A stretch of 62,056 nt of DNA from Planctomycetota bacterium. Its GTDB lineage: Bacteria > Planctomycetota > UBA11346. Position numbers and translations under genes: made by a program. The notes below the pieces were generated by a model, which searched no databases, was not told where the DNA came from, and saw only the letters and a list, made by a program, of their open reading frames with translations. Where the stretch lies: positions 1-62,056 of the forward strand of contig JBIILZ010000006.1 of the NCBI GenBank assembly GCA_044338255.1. The letters are read 5' to 3'. The stretch's first letter is position 1. Every line of letters starts with the position of its first letter. This document shows positions 47,656 through 57,732 of the stretch, piece after piece.

Positions 47656-48845
47656 AGGCCGCGACGTGGGTGATCGTCGCCTTACTCTTGGGCGCGGGTT
47701 GCATGTTCTGGCTCGGCATGGCGGGCATGGCGGTACTTAGCACCCTCGCCATCGGCAGCGGAGCCTGGGCGTTGTTGGCGTCCCCGGCGAAAGATGACTC
47801 CGTGCCGTCGACCGCCCAACGCTTCAATCCCGCTAAGCTCGCCGAACAGCACCAGACAGTCCTGTTGCAGCTCGCGACCCTCGCCGATGAACGCGAACTG
47901 CATCGCGGCCTGTTCGAGGTCAGCACCGAGTTGGTCGGCTGTGTCACCGAGGACGACGCGCGCGTACGCTTCGCGGCGGCGGTGCGCCGCTATTGGGAAG
48001 GCCGCTTTGCCGATCTGATGGTCTGGAACAAGGGCGCTTGGCGCAGCCTCGGCGGCCCCGCCAGCGGCCTGCCGCCGGTGCTCGATCATCCGGTGCAGCT
48101 GCCCAACGGCCTCGCTCATGAAGGCGACCTGATCCTCGATCTCTCTCCGGGAGTCGTCGGCCATGCAGCGCTCATCCTGCGCCGTGCCCGCACCCAGCCG
48201 AGCCTCGCCGGTCGCTCCTTTTCCGCGCAATTGGCGATCGCTGAGATCCTCCGCGCCCAGCTCGCCCTGTCCTTGCGCCGCGTCCTGCTTTACAGCGAGC
48301 TCCAGGATCTGGCGCGCAGCGATCCCCTGACCACCACCCATCGCCGCTGGTACGGCGAAGGCCGCCTCGCGGAACTGGTCGACGGCGGCAAGGTGGTGAC
48401 CGTGGCGATGATCGACATCGACCACTTCAAGCTGGTCAACGACACCTACGGCCACAGCGCCGGTGACTACGTTTTGACCGCAGTCGGGCGGACCTTGTCC
48501 GAGGCCCTGCGCACCAACGACCTCGTCTGCCGCTGGGGTGGCGAGGAATTCCTCGTGGTGCTCCCCGACACCTTGCCGGACGGGGCCTTCCTCGTCGCCC
48601 AGCGCCTGCGCCAAGCGATCGCGGATCTACAGGACCTCCCGACCCCGGTCACGGTCTCGATCGGGGTCGCCGCCTGCACCCAGGACGATGCCTGCGCCAA
48701 GCTCATCGCCCGGGCCGACGAGGCGCTCTACCTGGCGAAGAAGAGCGGGCGCGATTGCGTGATGATGGCGCCGATGACCAGCGCTCCCGGCAGCCTGCGG
48801 CTGCTCTCCCGGCAGCCCAAGGAGCGCAGCCGGTCGCCGGTATGA
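47652..48845 (+). CDS. Membrane diguanylate cyclase (GGEEF) with RxxD I-site
   Basis: DPLT, DIDHFKLVNDTYGHSAGD, RTND..CRWGGEEF, ADEALYLAK..GR; ATGA overlap. Confidence 0.92.
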   Translation: MKAATWVIVALLLGAGCMFWLGMAGMAVLSTLAIGSGAWALLASPAKDDSVPSTAQRFNPAKLAEQHQTVLLQLATLADERELHRGLFEVSTELVGCVTEDDARVRFAAAVRRYWEGRFADLMVWNKGAWRSLGGPASGLPPVLDHPVQLPNGLAHEGDLILDLSPGVVGHAALILRRARTQPSLAGRSFSAQLAIAEILRAQLALSLRRVLLYSELQDLARSDPLTTTHRRWYGEGRLAELVDGGKVVTVAMIDIDHFKLVNDTYGHSAGDYVLTAVGRTLSEALRTNDLVCRWGGEEFLVVLPDTLPDGAFLVAQRLRQAIADLQDLPTPVTVSIGVAACTQDDACAKLIARADEALYLAKKSGRDCVMMAPMTSAPGSLRLLSRQPKERSRSPV

Positions 48846-48852
48846 GCCGACC

Positions 48853-50520
48853 TCAGCCAGCGATATAGCGCTCGATGAGGCGGGTGGTCGCGGGATTGAA
48901 CCCGCGCACCGCGACCGGCTGCTTCTTCGACGCGCCACGGCTGGCGGTGAGCTGGGTGCGCACCTGCTTGGCGAGGACCTTGCCCAATTCCACGCCCCAT
49001 TGATCGAAGCTGTTGATGCCCCAGATGAAGCCCTGCACCGCCGTGCGGTGCTCATACAACGCCAGCAGCTGGCCGGTGGTGTAGGGATTGAGCACCGGCA
49101 GCAGCAGCACCTGCGACGGCCGGTTGCCGGGGAATTCCTTGTGCGGCACGAGGGCCTCAGGCACGCCTTCAGCGCGCAGCTCGGCGGCGGTCTTGCCATA
49201 GGCCAAGGCATCCGGCTGGGCGAAGAAATTCGACATCAGTTCATCGTGGTTGCTGACCGGCTCGCCGGGCAGGCCGATCGGCTGCTGGCTGTGCAGGAAG
49301 CCGATGAAATCAGCGGGGACCACGCGTCCCTGATGCACCAGCTGATAGAACGAATGCTGGCCGTTGGTGCCGGGCTCACCGAAATTGATCTCGCCGGCTT
49401 CGAACGGCAGCACGCTGCCATCGAGGGCCACGCGCTTGCCGTTGGACTCCATGTCGACCTGCTGGATATGCGGCGCGAGCTTCATCAGCGCCTGGCAATA
49501 GGGCAGCAGGGCGCGGGTGGAATGGCCGAGGAAGGTCGAATTCCACACTCCGAAGAGGCCCATCTGCACCGGCAGGTTCTTCTCCAGGGGCGCGGTCAAC
49601 AGGTGCTGATCGATGGCACGCGCGCCGGCCAGGAACTGCTCGACGGCTTTCCAGCCATACTGCAAAGCGAGGGGCACCAGGCCCACCGCCGAACACACGC
49701 TGTAACGCCCACCGACCCAATCCCAGAAGCCGAAGGCATTCTTGGGATCGATGCCGAACTTCTCGACTTCCGGGAGGTTCGTCGACACCGCCACCATCTG
49801 CTTGGCCACCGCCGCCGCCCCGAGGTGCTTGCTCAGCCAGCTGCGCAAGGTGCGCGCGTTGAGCATCGTCTCGGCGGTGGTGAAGGTCTTCGAGATCACC
49901 ACCACCAGGGTCGTTTCGGGATCGAGATCGTCGAGTGCGCGAGTGACATCGATGGGATCGACGTTGGCCAGGAAGCGCAGCCGGCGACCGTCGGCAGCCT
50001 TGGCGCAAGCTGGATCAGTCTTCAGCGATTCGTAGACGAACTCCGGGCCAAGATAGCTACCTCCGATGCCGATGGCGACGACATCGGTCAGGGGCTTGCC
50101 GGTGACGCCCAGCCATTTGCCGCTGCGGATCTGCTCGCTGAAGCGCTTGATGCGTTTCTGCACGGCATGGACCTCGGCGACCACGTCCTGACCATCGACG
50201 ACGATACGGCTGTCGGCGGCAGCGCGCAAGGCGATGTGCAAAACGCTGCGATTCTCAGTGGTGTTGAGCTTGGCACCGGCGGCCATGGACTTGAGCTTTT
50301 TCGGCAGGTCGGCGGCCTTGGCCAAGGCCAGCAGCAGCTTCTTGGTTTCCACGGTCGCGTTCTGGCGGCTCGAATCGAGGATCATGCCATCGTGCTCGAT
50401 GGTCAGCGCAGTCGCCCGCCGACCATCGCTGAGCAACTCGCGCAGGTGCAGTTTCTTGACCGCGGCAGCATGCGTGACGAGGGCCTTCCAGGCAGGGGAC
50501 GAAACAATGGCAGTGGTCAT
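48853..50520 (-). CDS. pgi: Glucose-6-phosphate isomerase
   Basis: [59 protein letters not shown]. Confidence 0.98.
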   Translation of the reverse strand: MTTAIVSSPAWKALVTHAAAVKKLHLRELLSDGRRATALTIEHDGMILDSSRQNATVETKKLLLALAKAADLPKKLKSMAAGAKLNTTENRSVLHIALRAAADSRIVVDGQDVVAEVHAVQKRIKRFSEQIRSGKWLGVTGKPLTDVVAIGIGGSYLGPEFVYESLKTDPACAKAADGRRLRFLANVDPIDVTRALDDLDPETTLVVVISKTFTTAETMLNARTLRSWLSKHLGAAAVAKQMVAVSTNLPEVEKFGIDPKNAFGFWDWVGGRYSVCSAVGLVPLALQYGWKAVEQFLAGARAIDQHLLTAPLEKNLPVQMGLFGVWNSTFLGHSTRALLPYCQALMKLAPHIQQVDMESNGKRVALDGSVLPFEAGEINFGEPGTNGQHSFYQLVHQGRVVPADFIGFLHSQQPIGLPGEPVSNHDELMSNFFAQPDALAYGKTAAELRAEGVPEALVPHKEFPGNRPSQVLLLPVLNPYTTGQLLALYEHRTAVQGFIWGINSFDQWGVELGKVLAKQVRTQLTASRGASKKQPVAVRGFNPATTRLIERYIAG

Positions 50521-50584
50521 GGCGGACTCCGGTGGGCCAGAGCATGTAACGCCAGATGTTACTGCCAAGAGGCAGCGCGCAGCC

Positions 50585-52651
50585 TCACCGCCGGGCCCCG
50601 CGCCGCCGCGGTTTCCCGCCACGCGCCGGTTTATCGCTGACGGCAGCGCCGTCGTGGCCTTCGCCGCCGGCCTCGATGGCCTTGATCACATCGCGCAGGC
50701 GCGCGGCCTCCTCGAAGCGCAGATTCTCGGCAGCTTCGATCATGCGCCGAGTAAGATCGGGGAGATCGACAGCGGTTTTGACCTCGCCATCGGCGCGATA
50801 GACCACGCCCGCCTCGGCGGCCTTACGGCCCGAGAGCTGCTCGGCGAAGGTCCCGCCGAGACTGCCGACCTTGTGCGCGGTGCGCGGGACGATGCCGTGG
50901 GCGGTATTGAAGGCGAACTGCCGTTCGCGACGGCGGGCGGTCTCTTCGATCGCCGCCGCCATTCCCGGCGATGAACCGTCGGCGTAGAGCACCACCTGGC
51001 CGGCGACGTGGCGCGCGGCGCGGCCGATGGTCTGGATCAGACTGGTCTTCGAGCGCAGGAAGCCCTCCTTGTCGGCGTCGAAGATCGCCACCAGTGAAAC
51101 CTCGGGCAGATCCAGGCCTTCGCGCAGGAGGTTCACCCCGATCAGGCACTGCGTCTCACCGCTGCGCAGACCGCTGAGCACCTCGATGCGTTCGATGGCG
51201 TCGAGGTCGCTATGCAGGTAGGTGGCGCTGATGCCAGCCTCGCTGAGGTATTCGGCGAGGTCTTCGGCAAGGCGCTTGGTGATTGTCGTCACCAGGGTGC
51301 GCTCGTCGCGAGCACAGCGCAGCTTGACCTCGGCGATGAGATCCTCGACCTGGCCGGAGGTCGGACGCACCATAACCACCGGATCGATGATGCCGGTCGG
51401 GCGGATGAGCTGTTCGGTACGCGCGACTTCGGTCTTGGCCTCGTACACCGAGGGCGTGGCGCTGACGAAGAGCAGCTGCGGGACCAAGGCCTCCCACTCG
51501 GCGAAGGTGCACGGACGATTGTCGATCGCGCTCGGCAGGCGGAAACCGTGCTGGACGAGGGTCTCCTTGCGGCTGCGGTCACCGGCATACATGCCGCCGA
51601 TCTGCGGGATGGTGACGTGGCTCTCGTCGACCACGCAGAGGAAATCCGGCGGGAAGAAATCGTACAGGCAGTACGGCCGTTCCCCGGGCTTGCGGCCGGT
51701 GAGGTGGCGCGAGTAGTTCTCGATGCCCTGGCAGGTGCCGACCTCCTCAAGCATCTCGAGGTCGTAGGTGGTGCGCGATTGCAGGCGTTGGGCCTCGAGC
51801 AGCGCCCCTTGCACCAGCAGCTCGGAATGGCGTTGCGCAAGTTCGTCGCGGATGCCGGCCAAGGCGCGCTCGACGGTCGGCTCGTCGACGACAAAGTGTT
51901 TCGCCGGGTAGATGTTCATCTGCTCGTGACGCCCAAGGATTTCGCCGGTGAGGGTATGGATGGTGGCGATCTCCTCGATCTGATCTCCGAAGAAGACCAC
52001 GCGGATGGCGCTGTCATCGTAGGCCGGCCAGAGATCGACGACATCGCCGCGCACGCGGAATTTTCCGCGCTGGAAGGACAGGTCGCCGCGGTTGTACTGG
52101 ATCGCCACCAGGCTCGCGAGGAAGGCATCGCGCTCGAGGGTATTGCCCACCGCCAGGACCACCGTCAGGTCCTGATACGAACGCGGCGAACCCAGGCCGT
52201 AGATGCTCGAGACGCTGGCGATGATGATCACATCGCGACGCGAGAGCAGCGAGCGGGTCGCCGAGAGGCGCAGCTTGTCGATCTCCTCGTTGATCGAGGA
52301 CTCCTTCTCGATGTAGAGATCCTTGCCCGGGACGTAGGCCTCGGGCTGGTAGTAGTCGTAGTAGCTGACGAAGTACTCCACCGCATTGTCGGGAAAGAAA
52401 CCCTTGAACTCAGCGTATAATTGCGCTGCCAAGGTCTTGTTGTGCGAGAGCACGAGGGTCGGCCGCTGGAGGTTCTGGATGACGTTGGCGACGGTGAAGG
52501 TCTTGCCGCTGCCGGTCACACCGAGCAGCGTCGCGGCCCGGTCGCCGCGCTGCAGCGACTCGGTCAGCGCGGCGATTGCCGTCGGCTGGTCGCCCATCGG
52601 GGCGTAGGGAGCGGCAAGGCGGAAACCGGCGGGCTCGAAGGCTGGCGACAT
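50585..52651 (-). CDS. uvrB: Excinuclease ABC subunit B
   Basis: [57 protein letters not shown]. Confidence 0.98.
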   Translation of the reverse strand: MSPAFEPAGFRLAAPYAPMGDQPTAIAALTESLQRGDRAATLLGVTGSGKTFTVANVIQNLQRPTLVLSHNKTLAAQLYAEFKGFFPDNAVEYFVSYYDYYQPEAYVPGKDLYIEKESSINEEIDKLRLSATRSLLSRRDVIIIASVSSIYGLGSPRSYQDLTVVLAVGNTLERDAFLASLVAIQYNRGDLSFQRGKFRVRGDVVDLWPAYDDSAIRVVFFGDQIEEIATIHTLTGEILGRHEQMNIYPAKHFVVDEPTVERALAGIRDELAQRHSELLVQGALLEAQRLQSRTTYDLEMLEEVGTCQGIENYSRHLTGRKPGERPYCLYDFFPPDFLCVVDESHVTIPQIGGMYAGDRSRKETLVQHGFRLPSAIDNRPCTFAEWEALVPQLLFVSATPSVYEAKTEVARTEQLIRPTGIIDPVVMVRPTSGQVEDLIAEVKLRCARDERTLVTTITKRLAEDLAEYLSEAGISATYLHSDLDAIERIEVLSGLRSGETQCLIGVNLLREGLDLPEVSLVAIFDADKEGFLRSKTSLIQTIGRAARHVAGQVVLYADGSSPGMAAAIEETARRRERQFAFNTAHGIVPRTAHKVGSLGGTFAEQLSGRKAAEAGVVYRADGEVKTAVDLPDLTRRMIEAAENLRFEEAARLRDVIKAIEAGGEGHDGAAVSDKPARGGKPRRRGARR

Positions 52652-52737
52652 GCGGCGACGGTATACCCGCCTGCGCAGATGCATCAGCTCATTGAGGCCC
52701 CCGTTTCGCCGGCCGGCATCAGCCATAGGCTGATCCC

Positions 52738-54771
52738 ATGGTGGCCGCGCCGCATCCCTTTGCCAAGCATCGCCCTGCCAACCGCCGGCTGGGATTGCGA
52801 CTGCTCGCACTGGGGCTCGCCTGGGCATCTCTCGCCAGTGCCGCCGAGGGCTTGTCCCTGCCACTGCCCCAGCCACTGCCACTGCCCCAAACCCAGCCCC
52901 AGCCCTTGCCAACCGCTGGCAGCGAGCACGCGGCGGTGGTCCACGCCTTGCAGGCCCTGGCCCGCGGCGACAGCCAGCCGCTGCTGGCACTGCCCGGACA
53001 TAATCTCGCCGAAGCCCCGGCGATCACTGATCCCGAGGATGCGGCCTTGGCGCGGCGGTGGACGACACTCTTGCCGCTGACCATCGCCCGCCTGCCGACC
53101 GCGCGGCAGGCGCCCGTGCTCGCAGCCCTCGATGAGCTCTATGCCCAGGCCAGCGCCCAGGCCAGCGCCCAGGCCAGCGCCCACGACAGCACCCACGCCA
53201 GCACCCAGCCCTGGGATTATCTTCCGGCACCGGCGGCGAGCCGGGCGGTGGCGCAGGCTGCAGCCCGGGCCTTCGATCAGGGGCGTCTGCGGCTGGCACT
53301 CAGCCTGCTCGCTGATGGCCCACGGGCGCAGGCCGCGCGCGCACTGCTCGACCTCCCCCTGCCGCGCCCGGCCCTGCCCGTCGCCAGTCGTCGACAAGCC
53401 CCCACGCCCAGGCTCCTCCAGCCTGGCGACGGCTGGCTCTTCGGACTCGATCCCGCCGGACGGGTGCGCTGGCAGCGACGCTGCGAACGCCAGGCGCAGG
53501 TCGTCGTCGGCGAGCAATCGGCGGTGATCGTCGAGACCGCCGGCGCCGCGGTGATCGACAGCGAAGGCCGCGCCCGAGCCTTACCGCCCTTGCCCGGTTT
53601 TGCCAAACCGTGGGCGATCACTGCCCAATGCGTGTGGTTCGTAGCCGGCACCCATGCCTGGCGGGTGGTGCTCGGTACACCCCTTGCGGTCACCGACATG
53701 ACCCTCCCGGCGGCCCCCCTCGGCGCACCGCTGCTGCGCGGTGACGATGCCTGGTGGTTGACCCGTGAAAAACTGGTGATGACGCATGGCACCACTATCA
53801 GCACCACTATCACGGAATCTTTGCCGCATCTCCTGGCGCTCTCGCCCTATGCCAGCCTGGTCGCGCATCCGCAGGGCGGTGAGATCCGCGATGGCCAGGA
53901 CTCCTGGCTGGTCGCTGACCGCCAGGCGGTGCCGCCGCTGAAGCAGGGCGAGGCGTGGTTGCTCGCCGGTGCGCCGGTGCAGGCCGCGACTTTTGCTGCC
54001 GCCAGTGCCGCCACCAGTGCCGCCGCCACTAGTGCCGCCGCCAGTGCCGATAGCGAAAGCCGTGATCTGGCTTTCCGCTGCGCGCTGGCACTGCCGGCAA
54101 GCACCTCGGCAGCACTGTCAGCAGCAGCCACCACGCCTCAGCAGCAGGTCAGCGCGTGGTTGGCGCGCGCCCGTCTCGGCGAAGGCGAAGAGGCTTTGGC
54201 CACCGCCGCTCTCACGACCTTCGCCGAGCACGAACCGGCGCTCCTGGTCACCGACGCGCACACCGATCTGACCTGGCCGACGTCGGTATGGCCGGTGCAG
54301 ACCACGCTACGCGCCTGGGCGCTGCGCGACGACGCGCAAGCGCCACAGATCAGCCTGAACTCGGATGCCCGGCAGGTGCGCGTGCGGGCGACGTGGCCGG
54401 ATGGGTTACGCTGGTGGCAACGAAGTTGGCCGACCCGGCCACTCATCGATGCACCGAGCCGCAGCTGGGCGGTGCAGCAAGGGATGTTGGTGATCGCCGA
54501 TGGCGCCGAGCACCTGATGGTATTGAGCGCCACAACCGGCGAGCTCCTGGTGGATGCCGAGGTCCCCGCCGACCTCGATCCGGGCCTGGTGGTACGCTGC
54601 GGAGCGCGGCAGGTGGCCCTGCTCAGCGATCAAGGACGGACCTTGCTGGTGGTCCGTGGCTCGACCGTGCAGCGCCGGCCGCTGGCCGTGGTCGGACGCA
54701 GCCTACGCGGGGCGGATAACGCCGTGATCGTGGTCACCTCCGAAGGCGAGCAGCGCGTGGCGCTGCCGTGA
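52738..54771 (+). CDS. Hypothetical exported protein with degenerate beta-propeller-like segments and internal repeats
   Basis: Signal-like N-terminus; LFGLDPAGRVRWQ and LSATTGELL resemble PQQ/BamB blades; AQAS, ATSAA and PLPQ repeats. Start uncertain. Confidence 0.65.
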   Translation: MVAAPHPFAKHRPANRRLGLRLLALGLAWASLASAAEGLSLPLPQPLPLPQTQPQPLPTAGSEHAAVVHALQALARGDSQPLLALPGHNLAEAPAITDPEDAALARRWTTLLPLTIARLPTARQAPVLAALDELYAQASAQASAQASAHDSTHASTQPWDYLPAPAASRAVAQAAARAFDQGRLRLALSLLADGPRAQAARALLDLPLPRPALPVASRRQAPTPRLLQPGDGWLFGLDPAGRVRWQRRCERQAQVVVGEQSAVIVETAGAAVIDSEGRARALPPLPGFAKPWAITAQCVWFVAGTHAWRVVLGTPLAVTDMTLPAAPLGAPLLRGDDAWWLTREKLVMTHGTTISTTITESLPHLLALSPYASLVAHPQGGEIRDGQDSWLVADRQAVPPLKQGEAWLLAGAPVQAATFAAASAATSAAATSAAASADSESRDLAFRCALALPASTSAALSAAATTPQQQVSAWLARARLGEGEEALATAALTTFAEHEPALLVTDAHTDLTWPTSVWPVQTTLRAWALRDDAQAPQISLNSDARQVRVRATWPDGLRWWQRSWPTRPLIDAPSRSWAVQQGMLVIADGAEHLMVLSATTGELLVDAEVPADLDPGLVVRCGARQVALLSDQGRTLLVVRGSTVQRRPLAVVGRSLRGADNAVIVVTSEGEQRVALP

Positions 54772-54786
54772 TGCAATTCGACGATT

Positions 54787-54854
54787 CCTGGGGGAGCGGG
54801 CGACTCGCCCGCTGATTAGGTCAGATAAGCGGGCGAGTCGCCCGCTCCCCCAGG
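54787..54854. repeat. REP-like inverted doublet (27-bp arms, 14-bp spacer); possible bidirectional terminator
   Basis: CCTGGGGGAGCGGGCGACTCGCCCGCT...AGCGGGCGAGTCGCCCGCTCCCCCAGG; each arm is itself palindromic; lies between convergent genes. Confidence 0.85.
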
Positions 54855-54877
54855 GCGACGGCCCACACACTTTTACG

Positions 54878-55150
54878 TTACGACGCCTTCAGCAGACGAT
54901 CGCTGAGGTCGGCGAGCATCGTCCCCAGGTACTGGTCTTCTTCCGCAGTTCGGTGGCCTTCGGTCTTGGCCTTGAGCACCGTCAGCAACTGCACGGTGTA
55001 GCGTGCGTAGGGCAGGTTCAGACTGCGCTCACCGCTCAGCGGATTGGGCAAGGCGCCCAATTGCATCAGCCCCTGCGAGCCGAGACCACTGAGGAAGTTC
55101 AACAAGGTCGCTTCCGGCACCTGGCTCGCCGCACTCTCTGCATCAGCCAT
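54878..55150 (-). CDS. DUF1844 family protein
   Basis: L..Q.LM.LG..PNP..G....NL..A......L..L..KT.G..T.EE...L...L..L pattern. Confidence 0.85.
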   Translation of the reverse strand: MADAESAASQVPEATLLNFLSGLGSQGLMQLGALPNPLSGERSLNLPYARYTVQLLTVLKAKTEGHRTAEEDQYLGTMLADLSDRLLKAS

Positions 55151-55152
55151 GG

Positions 55153-55338
55153 TCATTTTCCCTGCGTCGCCTGGTTCAGATCACGGGCACCGCTGTCGGC
55201 GGCACGATTGGCTTCCGCCTGGCCCTGGTGGCGGATCTGCTGGCGTTCCTCGTATTTGGCGCGCTCTTCACGATCCGAACTGCAACCGGCGAGAGCGAGG
55301 CCGACGAAGGCCGCGATGACAAGGGCGAAACGTGACAT
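55153..55338 (-). CDS. Small lipoprotein
   Basis: Lipobox LAG-C; AGGAG RBS. Confidence 0.8.
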   Translation of the reverse strand: MSRFALVIAAFVGLALAGCSSDREERAKYEERQQIRHQGQAEANRAADSGARDLNQATQGK

Positions 55339-55558
55339 GGAAGCGTCTCCTTTTTCTAGCCTCGGCCAGCCCCAGCTGAGGCAAGATCACATTATTTGTC
55401 AACTACTATTCACAATAATAGTTCTGTATCAGAAGCCATCCCGAGGCTCTCCCCGTAAGAGTGGATCATCTATTGACAAGCTTTAGGTTTCCCCCGTCCG
55501 GCAGATTTATTCCATTCCGCCGAATTGATTAAAACCAGCCTACCATACGGAGGCTTCC

Positions 55559-56383
55559 ATGCGTATCTCTTCCCCTCGTCAGGGCTTTACCCTGATCGAA
55601 CTGCTGGTGGTGATCTCGATCATCGCCATCCTCTCCGGCATGCTCCTGCCCGCGATCAACATGGTCCGCGAAGGCGCCCGCAAGGCCAACTGTAGCAACA
55701 ATCAGCGCCAAATCGTTTTAGGCATGAATGTCTATGCGAATGATAACGACCAGTCATGGCCGGTGTTGTGGTCGTCTACGAACGGAAGCGGCACGGCCTC
55801 CGGAACAACCATTGCTTATGCAACAACTATCTCAAGCAACATAACTGCCAGCGCTGTGACTATGAATTCCTTCGAATATCTCGCCTACACCACCGGTGGC
55901 GACATTACTAGCAAGGTATTCGCCTGCCCATCGAATCCGACCCAGAAACCGATCGCCGCGTGCACCTCGGCAGCAAACATCACCGCCGCTAGTGCCGCTG
56001 GTGCCGGAGCCACCTGGTCTAAGGCTTTGGCCACAACTGAGCTGGCCAATGTCGGCGCCTATGCCTACGATTGGACGGCTCCCTCAAACAGCTCATCCAT
56101 ACGTGTAGTTACGGCTGATCGGCCTAGAAATGGAGCTGCAACGGGGGATATGACCACCCATAAGTCGGTCGCGATGGCGGCTTTTGCCGATGGTCACGTC
56201 AGCAACGTCAATAAAGCGACGGGAACCATCGCAGGAACGGCGACTACCGCTATCGATGCCGTGACCAATACCTGGATCTGCATCAACAAGGAGGCCGGAA
56301 CCGACAATATTTATGATGGTGGCTCGGATGGCGCAGAATACACAGCAGCAGGCGGTTCCACCACCCGTGCGTGGGTGAAGTAA
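55559..56383 (+). CDS. Prepilin-type N-terminal cleavage/methylation protein (DUF1559-like, H-X9-DG)
   Basis: [22 protein letters not shown]...RE.AR...C.NN.RQI; FACPS; [14 protein letters not shown]; GGAGG RBS. Confidence 0.92.
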   Translation: MRISSPRQGFTLIELLVVISIIAILSGMLLPAINMVREGARKANCSNNQRQIVLGMNVYANDNDQSWPVLWSSTNGSGTASGTTIAYATTISSNITASAVTMNSFEYLAYTTGGDITSKVFACPSNPTQKPIAACTSAANITAASAAGAGATWSKALATTELANVGAYAYDWTAPSNSSSIRVVTADRPRNGAATGDMTTHKSVAMAAFADGHVSNVNKATGTIAGTATTAIDAVTNTWICINKEAGTDNIYDGGSDGAEYTAAGGSTTRAWVK

Positions 56384-56411
56384 GCGTTCGGACTCTGTTC
56401 ACGATCGCCTC

Positions 56412-56444
56412 AAACCTCCGTCACTCCGTGACGGAGGTTTTTTT
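56412..56444 (+). terminator. Rho-independent terminator
   Basis: AAACCTCCGTCAC-tcc-GTGACGGAGG followed by T7. Confidence 0.92.
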
Positions 56445-56558
56445 GCGTCCTGCCCTCGGGTCAAAGGCTCGTTCCAGCTCAACCGGCCTGCACATCCTAG
56501 CAGAGGTCCGTAGCGATGGATGACGCATAGTTGGCACACCTTGTAACCGTCAAATAGC

Positions 56559-57425
56559 TCAGAATTCACTGATATTACCGTCCGCCACCACCTGCAAATC
56601 CCAGTGGGTAGCGGACGGCCACCAGCCCGGCACCACGACTTTCACCAACTCCTGCGTCAAGATGCGGTTGGTCGCTGATTGCAGCGTCGGCATCAGCGGC
56701 GCGAGCGCACCTAACGGAGTCGTGCCGCGCAACTCGTTAAGCATGACCTGTGCCGCGAGCGCAAACTTCCGTGTCGGCTGCTGCGTCAGCGTCGTCGTCA
56801 GGGTCAGGTCGAGGTGCTCGACGCTGATCGGCAGGGATTGTTCCCAGAGGTACAACTGCGCGCTGCCGCCGAGCTGGACCTGCCAGACCGCGTGCCGATC
56901 CGCGCGCGGTTCGCCGCTCACCCGCATCTCCTGGACCTTCACCTGCGATAGCGGAGCCCGCTGACGCGTCAGATAGCTAGCCAACTCGCGCTCGACGATG
57001 CCCCGCGGAAGGCGACCGGTGATCACCGGCTCACTGGCGGTAGCGTCGACCTCAAGACGCCAGGTGACGTCGGGCATCTCAGTAAAGGTCCCCCAGACCT
57101 GCTGACCATCGCGGAGCAGGATCCGCGGCAGCCAGCGTCCGCTGGCGCCCTCAATGATCTGCTGCAAGGTCGCCGGCGAGCAACGCCCAACGACCATCGC
57201 CGAGGTTGTCGAAGCACCACCGAAGCCGGCTCCGCGCAGGACCACCATCTCCGTTTTGAGCGGTGCTTGCCATCGCAACAGAAAACAGGCGAGATGGCCT
57301 GCATACCACCCTGAAAGACCCACCACGAGAGCCGCTGCGAGGGTCACGCCAAACCAGAGGCGACGGCGGCGACGGCGACGGCTGACAGAGATCGCCGCAT
57401 CGCATGAGGTCTGAGCTGGAGGCAT
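56559..57425 (-). CDS. Hypothetical membrane-anchored protein
   Basis: Poly-Arg then one TM helix then a soluble domain; start uncertain. Confidence 0.65.
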   Translation of the reverse strand: MPPAQTSCDAAISVSRRRRRRRLWFGVTLAAALVVGLSGWYAGHLACFLLRWQAPLKTEMVVLRGAGFGGASTTSAMVVGRCSPATLQQIIEGASGRWLPRILLRDGQQVWGTFTEMPDVTWRLEVDATASEPVITGRLPRGIVERELASYLTRQRAPLSQVKVQEMRVSGEPRADRHAVWQVQLGGSAQLYLWEQSLPISVEHLDLTLTTTLTQQPTRKFALAAQVMLNELRGTTPLGALAPLMPTLQSATNRILTQELVKVVVPGWWPSATHWDLQVVADGNISEF

Positions 57426-57522
57426 GGTCATATGCACCGGTTCCGGAAGAAGTTCGCACGGCGCATATCACCTTGCTGCGAGGGGAAATTTAAAGCTCCA
57501 CGATGTTCCTGCCAGCCCTCCT

Positions 57523-57592
57523 CCACTCTTCCACTCTTCCACTCTTCCACTCTTCCACTCTTCCACTCTTCCACTCTTCCACTCTTCCACTC
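57523..57592. repeat. 8-bp tandem repeat CCACTCTT x8 plus a partial copy
   Basis: Exact copies in the divergent intergenic region upstream of fabH. Confidence 0.97.
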
Positions 57593-57732
57593 CTCCTCGC
57601 CTCCGCGTCCGCGGCCGGAGGGCTCAACGGCTGGCCTGGTATCATCCTCGCGCGGCCGCTTCCCCCAGGGTTGTCGTACGTCATTCCGCTTCTAACCTGT
57701 ATAGCCCTCGCAATCAGGCTTCCGGAGCGCCC

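Noticed and set aside
57424-57732. Repeat-encoded N-terminal extension of FabH (STLPLFHS)n
   Set aside because: A GGAG RBS precedes ATG 57733 and the FabH fold begins there; the open frame is probably incidental.
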